Positions 10,760 through 21,833 of a stretch of DNA of 64,000 bases are shown here, one piece after another. This stretch comes from Calditrichia bacterium (GTDB lineage: Bacteria; Calditrichota; Calditrichia; JAJRVZ01), in the NCBI GenBank assembly GCA_963796965.1, contig CAWCNS010000011.1, positions 192,001 to 256,000 of the forward strand, read 5' to 3'. The notes beneath the pieces are model-generated. The model did not search any database. It was not told the origin of the DNA and saw only the letters and a program-made list of their open reading frames with translations. A program made the position numbers and the translations under genes. Positions within the stretch are counted from its first letter, which is position 1. Each line of letters opens with the position of its first letter.

Positions 10760-12269
10760 TTACCCGTCAATAAATTTAAGCTTTTGTTTTGCCCATTTAT
10801 TATCGGGATAAACTGCTAGCGCCTTTTCAAAATTTTTAATAGCCAGGTCAACATTCCCATTTAATCTGTATGCCTCTCCCAATCCGCTGTAAGCATTAGA
10901 ATATTCTGGAAAAGAATTAACATTTAATTTGTAGATTTCAATGGCATCGGTATATTTTTCCAAGTTAACCAATTGGTATCCTAGATTGTTCAACTCCCAT
11001 TTACTAAAATTATAATGATCAGGTTTTGTTTTTTTCAGGAGGAGATATTCCGCAACTGCTGCTTCCATACCTTCAGTTACTATTATCTTTCCTATCACGT
11101 CAGCAATGCTGATCTTTGGCAAGGAATAGGGTTTATCATGCAATATCTGGGTCAACCCTTTGCGAATCTCATAGATATAGGAACATGAATTATTCGTAAG
11201 TAGAATAATAGTATTATCTTCTTCAATTTCACGCCAAAGCCAGGTTCTGGCCGCGATCCAACCACCACCATGGCTGACCGCTTTTTTACCGGTTAAAGTC
11301 GTATCAATTCCCCATCCAAAACCATAATTGGAAGTATGGTCATTGTTTAACCTGACCGCTGTAAAAGCTTTTCTAACGTTTCTCTCGATACTAATATTTC
11401 AGTATAAAGGGCTCGATCCCATTTATATAAATCAGAAGTCGTTGAATAAATGGCACCATCCCCGGCAATACCACTCATATAGTGGAAATCATGGGATATA
11501 TAATCATTGCCGTTCAGCGCCAATCGATATCCATAGACCCTGTTTTCCATTGGATCATCTCGGATAGCACTATAAACCAATGTATGCGACATTTGTAAAG
11601 GATCAAAAATATTATTTTTCAAAAAAACTTCAAAAGGTTCTTGTGCCACACGAGCGACAATGGAAGCCAGAAAAACATAGCCCGTATTGCTGTAGGCATA
11701 CTTATCATCGGGTTTAAATAAAAGTTCTGGTTGATACGTTACAAACATAGCAATGACATCATCATTGTTGGCATATTTTTTATCTTCAAAATTTTTATTC
11801 ACGGGATCCCAATATTTCTCAAACAGATCCTCGTATTCGACGATACCACCCGTATGGTTGAGTAAATTTCTGATCGTGATCCCCAAATAGGGTAATTCGG
11901 GGAGATATTTTCTAATATCATCTTCATAATCTAACATGCCTCTTTCTTCCAATATCATAATCGCCATTGCTGTGAAAGGTTTTGAAAGAGAAGCAAGTCT
12001 GAACTGTGAATTTTGTTTGCAATCGGTTGGTGCGGATTAAAATTGGCTATCCCAAGTGATTCATGATAAATCACCTCACCATTTTTAGCCACCAAAGCAC
12101 TCCCGCTAAAGAGATGGTTATCATAACAATATTTGATATAGGCATCAATTTTCTCTGATGTAGATTCTCCACAAGAATAATAGCCGAATACAACAAATAG
12201 AACGGAAAGTACTCTGATAATTATTGGGATTAATTTATGCCTTTTCCATCCCATTTTATGATTCTCCAA
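10760..12269 (-). CDS. Serine hydrolase (class C beta-lactamase fold) with C-terminal TPR; two frameshifts
   Basis: Pieces 11955-12269, 11347-11967 and 10760-11155+. FRLASLSK (SxxK) reads across the first shift; LLNHTGG, YAYSN and HGGG motifs; TPR tail. Confidence 0.8.
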
Positions 12270-12425
12270 TATATTGAATGGACTAAGTAAGGGGATAAAT
12301 GATAGTTCATTGTAAATTCTTAAGAATGGAATCTAAATCGCCTTTAATGAAATCTATATATCTAATTGAAATAACTTACTATCTGGGGGAGAGTGATTCT
12401 TGAAATTACCGATGAATGTCTTGGT

Positions 12426-13589
12426 CTATTGAGGTTCCTGGGGTATATCACCATCGGCTATTGAATGTTGATATCGTTCGATAGAAGAATTATCTGTATT
12501 GGTAATATATACAACTTCGTCATCAGAAACTGTTATACCCATCGGATTATTAAATCTCGCATCTACCAGGCCCTTCTTACCCAAGTTTGCCTGTCTTCCA
12601 GCCTTTGCCCCTTTATTAAAGAACTTGCTAACTTTGCCATCATCAGCCGCATCAAGAACAAAAATAGCATCATCTCCACCTAACGCTAAATCCTGGGGCC
12701 CTAAAAACCTATTCAGATCCATGATAGGATCTTCATAAAGCGTATATGCAGCGCTAAAATTATTACCGACTTTTTTAAGTTTCTGAACCAGGAAATTACC
12801 ACCCAGTTGTGTAAAATATATATTGCCCGTATTGTCACAGGTTATGCTTCGCGGATTATCAACAGTTCCGGCTCCCGAACCATATCCTGCAATATCCCTG
12901 ATATAATATCCACTGAAAATCGGGAAGAGATGTTGGCCTACATCAACCGCAGCACTCACATACAAAACCAATTCAAGGATTCGGTTATTTGTTTTATCTG
13001 TAACAAAAACCGTATTATCCTCTACGGGTCCAAATGCGATCCCTTGAAAACTGGCATTTTCATCTTCGTCAATATAGAAAGGATAAACAGACATCACAGA
13101 GTCTATGAGATGGGCATTTGAAGAAAAATCAAGATCACCATTCTCCGTTGTATCAAAGGCAACAGCTTTTACCCCGGTATAATTAATAAATTGATTCCAG
13201 GCATAGATCTTATTTGTACCATTTACGATTAAGAGGTTCAACTTTGAATTTATATCTATAGCGATTGGATGTTCCACCGGAGATATCCGGTCAAATCCCT
13301 GGTATGCTGCTAATTGCCCTGATTGTGTAACCGTAATAATTTTATCATTGTTTTCATCTGCAATAAAGATATACCCGTCATCGCCAATGGTAATATCGAC
13401 CGCTTTCATGGGATTCCTTGCAGAATATCCCATCGAAGAGGCTGTCCAGTCTGGTTTCAGGTGAATATAGGAAGTATCATTAGCACCAAATGATTCCGGT
13501 GAATTTGTTACCGAAGGCAAAGGCATTTTTTCACCACAACCAACGATAATAATAAGTAACAACAATAAATTAAAACCAAAAAATCTCAA
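12426..13589 (-). CDS. NHL-repeat beta-propeller lipoprotein
   Basis: Lipobox IVGC; NHL-like repeats (FNNPMGITV...YITNTDN, DNPRSIT, GPQDLAL). Confidence 0.8.
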   Translation of the reverse strand: MRFFGFNLLLLLIIIVGCGEKMPLPSVTNSPESFGANDTSYIHLKPDWTASSMGYSARNPMKAVDITIGDDGYIFIADENNDKIITVTQSGQLAAYQGFDRISPVEHPIAIDINSKLNLLIVNGTNKIYAWNQFINYTGVKAVAFDTTENGDLDFSSNAHLIDSVMSVYPFYIDEDENASFQGIAFGPVEDNTVFVTDKTNNRILELVLYVSAAVDVGQHLFPIFSGYYIRDIAGYGSGAGTVDNPRSITCDNTGNIYFTQLGGNFLVQKLKKVGNNFSAAYTLYEDPIMDLNRFLGPQDLALGGDDAIFVLDAADDGKVSKFFNKGAKAGRQANLGKKGLVDARFNNPMGITVSDDEVVYITNTDNSSIERYQHSIADGDIPQEPQ

Positions 13590-13600
13590 TCTATTCGCTC

Positions 13601-14593
13601 CTAAAATTGAAAATCTATAGTAAACTGATGGGTTGAGCCAAGATTTGTAAAACTTTTATAAGCATAATCCACGGATAAGTTCATTGAACTTATCGGAATA
13701 TTTAGCCCGGTCCCAATTGTAAATTTCTCTTCATCATAATTTATTTTATAACCCGCTCTCAAGTGCAGCTTTTTTATAAAGCTCAAATCAAGACCGATGA
13801 CCGCATTTTCAGCATTATCCACAGGATGGTTTACCTGCAATGAACTGGTTAAGGTATAATTTTCAGACTCAACAACCTCCATAGCTGTTCCAACTCTAAA
13901 AGTGGTGGGGGGAGAAAATGCCTCATATCCAACAGTGTTATAATTTCCTTCTTTTGTCTCTTTTAAATAACTGCCATCCGGTTTCATATCCGGTCCAAAA
14001 TTTGATAAACCGACAGCAAATCTTAGACTTTTAAATCCTGTCCAGTAAAATGTCCCGATATCAATCATCCATCCGCCCATTTTTAGCTCCGCCAAACCCT
14101 CCTCAACATATTTCACTGTCGTCCCAAAGGAAAATTGATTGGTTAACTTCACTGAAAAAGTTAATGCCCCGAACACATCATAGAACCTAAAAAATTCGCC
14201 ATTACCTGTAGGGTGATATTCTGTGGTTACTTCCATATCCGGCATATGCAACATACCCATACTTAATCCAATGGACCATACATCACTAAAGTGATGAATA
14301 TATCCAAGATATTCATATTGAATATCAACCGGCCACTCGATATGACTTAAGGTCAGCGAATTCCCCTCTACTTGTGCGGCTGCAGCAGGATTCCAGTAAA
14401 GGCTTGTCGCATCATTTGCCATGGCAACAAAGGCACCACTCATGGCAGCAGCATCAGCTCCCACATCAATTTTTAGAAACGTTGCCGCAGCAGTTCCCAC
14501 TCTTTGTCCCCCTAATAAGGGAAAGAGATTCTGAGCAAATACAAACGAACTCAAAAGATGGATACTCAGGATTATATATAGTAGTTTCTTCAT
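13601..14593 (-). CDS. PorV/PorQ (UPF0164)-family outer-membrane beta-barrel
   Basis: FLKIDVGA..AAMSGAFVA..DATSLYWNPA signature; C-terminal Phe. Confidence 0.85.
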   Translation of the reverse strand: MKKLLYIILSIHLLSSFVFAQNLFPLLGGQRVGTAAATFLKIDVGADAAAMSGAFVAMANDATSLYWNPAAAAQVEGNSLTLSHIEWPVDIQYEYLGYIHHFSDVWSIGLSMGMLHMPDMEVTTEYHPTGNGEFFRFYDVFGALTFSVKLTNQFSFGTTVKYVEEGLAELKMGGWMIDIGTFYWTGFKSLRFAVGLSNFGPDMKPDGSYLKETKEGNYNTVGYEAFSPPTTFRVGTAMEVVESENYTLTSSLQVNHPVDNAENAVIGLDLSFIKKLHLRAGYKINYDEEKFTIGTGLNIPISSMNLSVDYAYKSFTNLGSTHQFTIDFQF

Positions 14594-14624
14594 TTTTCCT
14601 TATAAATCGAGATAATTATAAATT

Positions 14625-17370
14625 TCAAAATCTTACGGACAATCCAAACGTCAACCTTCTTGGCCAACGATATTTTGACGGATTATATCTTGGATCTGGA
14701 TCTGGATTAATAACGCTTGTATAATTACTCGTTAAAGGATCGCCAGGTCTGTATTCCCGTCCGGTATCCGGATTGATTATTCGTGGAATTTTGGCATCGA
14801 AGACATTTTCAATTTCTATTATTGCTGAAAATGTCAAGCCAAAGAGATCAAAGTACTTGTAGAATCTTAAATCCAGTTGTTGCCAATAGGCTGCTATCTT
14901 CGCATTAGGATTACCATCATCATATATTTCGTTTTTAACATCAATCAATTCGGTATATCTTTTTCCTGACTCCAATTCCCAGCGCGCACTCATTCCCCAT
15001 TTAGATGGGAGAGGAAGTCCCAGAAAAGTGATGAGTTCATCGCCAACATGATAATTGAGATCAAGAGTCAGACGAATGGGTACATCCCATGATAAATAAT
15101 TTTCTTTTAACGGTTTTTCTTCAAGTTGCCCCGACGCAACGAGTAAATTATCATTCGGATTTGATGCTTTTCCCTTACTGACCGCATAGGAAAAGTTGAG
15201 CGCGCCAGTTAAATGCTGTGCATATCTCTGTTTAATCCGAAGTTCGATCCCTTTGGAGCGGGCATAATCCATATTGAAATACATGTAATAGCTAATATTT
15301 CCCAGGCGGGGATTTTCCATCTCCACCCTCTCTGAGGAGGGATAGCCAAACATATCTTTATAATAGGCTTTTAAATCCATGACAAGATTTTCATTAAACT
15401 TGTGTTTTAATCCAATTTCATAGGCAACGGTTGTCGTCGGATTAAGATTTGGATTTCCAAAGAGTTGATAGGTGGCTGGAGAAGTAGATTTTAATTTTGC
15501 ATAGACATATTGCCCTTTGGGTTGTTGCGAAAAATGCCCATAGTGAAAATAAAGAACATCACGATCAGAAATGGGATGTGAAATTCCAATTCTGGGGCTC
15601 AAATGTCCTTTACCTCTCAACCCAAAGAGTTCAAATGTTTCTTCATAAAAAATCCGACGTGCTTCATCAGAAATAATAATCGTTTCCGGATCATCAATGG
15701 CTTCCTGTACAAATTTACCGGGAAACCAATAATCATACCGCAATCCTATATTAACAATCATTCCGTCGTATTTAATTTGATCCTGAACATAAATATTGCC
15801 CATGTATGAATGAACCTGATAGATATCATAACTTCTTCCAAAACCAGCATCGCTATCTACCCATGGATCGACAATATCAACCACCTGCATTTTTGTAGAA
15901 GCTATTTCAAAACCGGCTTTGAATTGTTGATCATTTGTTATCTGGCTGGTTATTTCAGATTTAAGCGACCAGCGGTCGCTATAGTAGTCATACCATTGTC
16001 CAGAATCACCATAGTCATAAAATCCATCACCACGCCTGATTGTCAAATTTCCCTGCGAATCAGGGAGATAACGTATGGGGTATAAATCCAATCGTTCGGA
16101 ATAATCCGACCAGTGTTTATTTTGTACAGAACTATGGGTAGAATTATAAAAATCACTTACGGTGACTTCATAAAATGTTCGTGGACTAACCGTATGTTTC
16201 CAGATGAGATTGACTAATATTGCTTCGGTTGTAAATGTTGGGTAATTATCCAGATTTTGACTGAATTCATAAGGATAATAAGCGGATGAGATCAAATATC
16301 TTCTAAAAAATCCCTGGTTGATTCCCAAAGACCGATCATAGGAGAGAGAAATCTTCTGACTGGGATTTATTTTCCAGGTGAGTTTGCCTAATACATGCCA
16401 GTCATTTTCCTGTCTCGGTGCAAACATATCAAGAGAGGAGCGACTGGGATATAATTGAGCGGCCTGATTGAGATAGGTATCAGAAATATTCCCATAACCG
16501 GATAGAAAAAATGATAATTGACCAGGCAGATCCAGGCCAATTGTAGGAAGAATATAATTTGTTAAAGGCTCAGGCCCGCCAAAATCAAATTCAACAATTT
16601 GGGTATTGGCATTGTTAAAGGCACCTAATCCCAGATGATCGGATTTGATTTTAAAACTACCGGAATAGGTATCATCACCTTCTTTTGTCACCACATCTAT
16701 AATCCCGGACATGGCCTGACCATATTCAGCGTTAAATCCACCCGTGACAACTTTTAGCTCTTTAATCGCATCCGGGTTCACATAAACCGTATTACCATAA
16801 CCAGATAAAGGATCTTTAACAGAAACACCATCGATGATATACATGCTTTCATCAGCCCGGCCACCGCGAATGTGAATTTCACCATCTGACTTTACAACAC
16901 CGGCCTGCTGGGCGACGATATCGTCCAGGCTTTCTACTATCTTTTGCTCTATATCTCCTGAAGTAAAGGACTCCTCTGATGAGGTTAGATCTACTTCTAA
17001 AAGCGGCTTTTTACCAACTACTTCTATTTCCTCTCCAAAGGCAAGAATCGACTCTTCTAATTCAACTTCTATAACTACCGTTTCACCGGGAGCAACTTCA
17101 ACACCGGTCTTCAGATAAATTTTATAACCGATGATGGACACTTCAATATCATATTGTCCGGGGTTAATATTACTGATCAGAAACTGTCCTTCAAGATCAG
17201 TGGCAGCTCCCATATAAGTCCCTTTTAGTTCAACATTCACACCGGCCAGAGGCTCCTGCGGTTCTGAGCATCTATTACCGTACCCGCAATTTTACCTTTC
17301 TCGCCGTTCTGAGCCATGGACGGAGACAGAGAGAAAAAAGAATCAGAGTAAGTATAATCAATTTATTCAT
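14625..17370 (-). CDS. TonB-dependent receptor with N-terminal carboxypeptidase-regulatory-like domain; one frameshift near 17250
   Basis: HIRGGRADE, GGFNAEYGQAMSG, SPRIG, GNPNL motifs; C-terminal Phe. ATG 17370 (MNKLIIL) overlaps the upstream TGA. Confidence 0.88.
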
Positions 17371-18840
17371 TGTGCAAACTCTTCTTCCAGGATATATTCA
17401 AGGACAGACTCCAAATTTGAATTACCATAAAGATCGTGAAAAGGTAATGAAAAATATATGGATTCACCCTGCCCAACTTCATACCTCAGTCCTACCGCCG
17501 GCGAGCCCTTATAGGGCACCGATGTACTGGCTGTTGAATCCGGCTCCATGCGATAAACTACATCGGCATTGGAACCCGGTATTAGTGCCGAAACCCTAAC
17601 AGCAATTAACGTCCCGAGTTTCAAATTTCTCAGGGAATCTTCCGGTGTATTGGTAAATGAAGCAAGAACCTCCAATCCCGGCAACAATCTTCCTCCAGGG
17701 TTTAACTTGTAGACGGAATCAATATCCGTAAATGTCCAGAGCGTATCAGGTACGACCTCGTTACCGTTGGTAATAAAAACTTTGCCGCCATCGGCCATAT
17801 ATTGGGTCAGACTTAATCCTGCTTCTGAAAGATTGGTTCTGCCATAATAGGAAAACCAGATTATTTTACTAAAATAGAATAGATTTGCCTTAATATCCGC
17901 TGTTGCATAGGGCAGACTATTTTGAGGATTGATCTCCGGATTACTGGCAGTTCCAATTTCCCAGACACTATATCCATTTTCTCCTACTATATTTTTTAGC
18001 ATATCTTCATAAATAGTCTGAACAATATGAGTATTTTGATCCAAAGCATAATCATTTACTAATAGAACATCCCCAATAGGCTCTTTTACTTCCCAGGTGT
18101 TTGGAACATCATTGTCATCAGGATCAGGGAACGAAATGATATTGCTTTCTGCGCCGGCAATATCTTCTGCTTTTAGAAAGAAACGATGTTCCCCGGTATC
18201 TAATCCTGTTAATGTAATGCTTCGGCTGTCTCCGGGTAGTTCAATCCAGGAATTGGTATCATCCAGAGCATAATATATTTTTGTAACCGTTTCCAGAACC
18301 ATCCGGATCTGAAACATCCCAGATAAAAGTCCGTGTTGGGAATGTATAGGCCGTGACATTGGGATTTCCTGCTGGGGCCGGAGGATTCGAATTCAACTTA
18401 AATTCAATTTCCGGCATTGAATTAAAGACCGGAAATATTTGTACAGCAGGCGTCGGATCATTCAAACTATCGTTGTCCACCGCCCAGACCCGGAAAGTAA
18501 ATTCATCATAACTTGAACGAATCGGTACAAAAAAAGTATCATATTCTGAAGTTGTCCAGACTGGTTTATCCTGATAATCCCATTGATAATAATATCCAAC
18601 AACCTGGCCATCTTTGTCATCACCCCACCAGTGCAGAATCTGTTTGCTCGCCGTCGTTGCGATACCTATAAAATCTGATGAATCAACCTCAACCGTATCG
18701 GGTGCCGGGAATAAAAACAAAAAGGTTTCCGGCGATTGATTTCCCATCATACCCGACTCTTTATCCGGATGAAAGGGGTTGGTATCACAGGTGACAGAAT
18801 AAAATGCTAAAAGAACTAATAATAAATAATTTCTTGTCAT
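17367..18840 (-). CDS. Lipoprotein with Ig/FN3-like domains and a C-terminal alpha/beta domain; frameshift near 18290
   Basis: ORFs 18259-18867 and 17367-18359 are contiguous halves; lipobox SVTC; W.GDD.DG.V.GY and F.V.AVDND...DPTPA motifs. Confidence 0.75.
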
Positions 18841-19047
18841 ACGCTTCCAAATAGGTCTGAAAATCATCTGATTAATTCAACCTGTTAACAAAACCATGAA
18901 AATATTCTCGTTCCCGATTGCAAATCGGGAACGAGAATTTGAAAAATTTAAAGATATAATGTGCTTTATGTATTGTTTGTATCATCTGATACTGAAATAT
19001 TTTACTCAAGAATCATTCGATACTATGTACATCTATGAAAACTTCCC

Positions 19048-21670
19048 TTATTTAATCAGGACCATTTTCTTTGAATCCACAAACGAGCCGGCTTTGATCC
19101 GATAAATATAGACGCCTGTCGGGACCTGAAATCCATGATCACTTTTTCCATCCCAGTTAACGACATGACTTCCGGCTTTAAAACTTTCCTTCACCAGAGT
19201 CCGGATCCTTTGTCCAAGCATATTATAAACCATAATGGTTACATCATGTGACTTAGGAATTTCAAAATAAATCCGGGTTTCGGGATTGAATGGATTCGGG
19301 AAATTTTGTTTCAATTGGTATGTTAAGGGTATAGGCTGGAAATCAGTATCAATACCAACCACAGAACCAAAATCAGCCGCACTTCCAACTTCCAATTTAA
19401 AAGTACCAAAACTGAACACAAAAGCACCCTGAATCATATCTACCTGATCTCCCTCGCGAATGGTATCCCCAAATGCATAAAGGAAATCATCGCCCACATA
19501 AAAATCAGGGAATTCACAGTCATCATCGACTAAACAGGGACCTGTTCCGTCATCGAACGTAACATCATATGAATTAATCGATGTTAAGGTAGCATTTTCG
19601 ATTTTAACAAAACTGCCCTCATAAGACTCCGCGACGTCACTACTATCTTCATTCAGATCGGCCGTACTAACCAATACACTATTAATAGATTCTCCGCTAC
19701 TTATAACTTTGACAGAATCAGCTAATATAAGTGTATTATTATCAAACATATAAGACCATTCGGGATTATAGTCTGTCACCGTTCCATTTACTTTTACTTC
19801 GTCACCATTCTGAAGATTCAGCCCCATCCCCTCAGCATAGACATACAGACCATTCCATGCGCCTTCTGCATCCTGAATCGGAAAGGAGACATAACCATTC
19901 AAATTAAGCGTATCGGCACATAACACGCCGGTAATCTCAACATCAACACCTTCAAAAGGTGAATCAGCCAATTCCCATGGTGTGTATTGAATATCACTTA
20001 TGGTGAGAGAACCATCTGTCACCGGATAGCAAAGATTTTGTATGGTCGTATCGGACGGAGCGGCTGCCACCTGATCTTTGTCATCAGTAACAACAATATA
20101 ATAATCCACCCAACTTCCCAATGCCTGAGCAGGGATTACCGCTGAGAAATTTCCCTCATTATCAGTCATAGGAACTTCAACCCTTTCACCCTTATCTACA
20201 CGATAGTATAAGGAAGCATCCGTAATAGTGAGTTCTGTTTCCACATCAACAGAAACGGTCACGGCATCCGCAGCCGTTGGAATTCCCACATCTCTTATTA
20301 CATTACTTAGAACAGGGGGTCCGCCACCTCCCCATACGATATCTGTTGTGTAAAGTGGTTCGAGTTTGTATGCAGTTGAATCATTATAACTCCCATAATG
20401 ATGATACACCCAACCACGAAGGGAGTCAGCAATACTTCCCACTGGTGGATCGGGATAGTTGGCGAGACTGTCAGAGTCATCATCAACCAATACCGAACCG
20501 GATCCATCATCTACCTCAAAAAGCTCAAATTGTGGCAAAAGATTAATGGCTTTAGCATTCTTCACATAGACCATTACATTGCCCCATTGTTCGGCGGTAG
20601 CAGGCATACGTAAATCACCGGTTTCAACATAATCAGGATCGGGAATAGGTTGTCCAATATCGAGGATCTGAATAGGACTTGTAATCCAGAACTCTGTCAT
20701 ATTGCTCGGGCCGGTAGTATATTCCCCAATATACCCTGACATTTCTATCAGATCACCTTCCAAAAGTTGTGGATAAGCAGATGAATCGGCATTATAAGAT
20801 AATATGCTACTCCATGGGCCACCACCAACCTCAGAAAAGATAAATTTAATTCCATCTCCGGCATAACTCAATCCTGAAGGCATGGTAACTACACCCGTAA
20901 CCGTTATGGTATCACCATCCAGATAAGAAGTATCCGAAGTTTCATCAACCGGTGCTTTTAGAAGATCACTGTATCGTGACCTGTTGAACTCTTTGAATCC
21001 TGGTATAGTCTCCACCTTCAACAATATCATAAGCCAAACGTGGCCAAATTTTTCTCTCACCATGAGAATAATCCATAACGCCTGTAACACTCTTAACAGA
21101 CTCATAATTTGCAGGATCAAAATAGCACTCTGCATAATCATCTAATCTACAGACACCGGATCCGTCATCTACTTCCCATTCACCATAACCAAGATCCGCG
21201 TTTGTAATGGCAGCGTCTGCAATCTGGATAAGGACACCCTCGTAAGCTTCAGCATTGGCACCACCGGTTCCGATCTCTCCCGTGGTCACCAGCGTCGGCA
21301 TGACCGTTTTGCCACTATCAAGCAGGACATATTCGGTTACACTTGCCAATTGTGTCAAACCATTGTATTGACTGACGGTTGCCGTAATTCGAACGCTATC
21401 TCCATAGGCATTTTTCCTATCCCAATCACCATAAACCAGAATCCCGCTCCAGGGGCCTGAACCATCCTGAATAAAATACCGGCCATCAAATGCCCATCTT
21501 TCAGCACTAATGGTTCCCTCAACGGTCACCGTACTATCAAGTAAATGGGATGTACCGTCACCAGGGCCACCGGTTGTATCCTGAACATCAGCAATCGTTG
21601 TAACAATCTGCCCAAAACCTGCGCTGGCCAGAAATAAACCAAAACAAAAAATGAGTAAAAGTTTTGTCAT
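19048..21670 (-). CDS. Secreted protein with three double-OB-fold modules, an Ig-like domain and a FlgD-type C-terminal sorting domain; frameshift near 20970
   Basis: ORFs 20966-21697 and 19048-21141 join. Three repeats of G(P/A)W(S/N)(G/S)(I/L)..Y...GD / DDG(S/T)G; QNFPNPFNP...WDGK CTD. No catalytic motif recognised. Confidence 0.8.
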
Positions 21671-21833
21671 AATATTTCTCCTCCAATAAAAGAACATGAC
21701 ATTAACTGATTATAATGAATTAGCACCTCCAAATTTCTTACCTAACACCCTCCTATATTTAAAGTATAACCTACCTATTATAATAATCTAAAGTGTATGC
21801 TTTTATCACTTAAAGACGCAACTAATCAAATCA

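Noticed and set aside
10760..12269. Beta-lactam resistance gene
   Set aside because: An SxxK hydrolase with a TPR tail is typical of peptidase/esterase-type members; nothing indicates a true AmpC.
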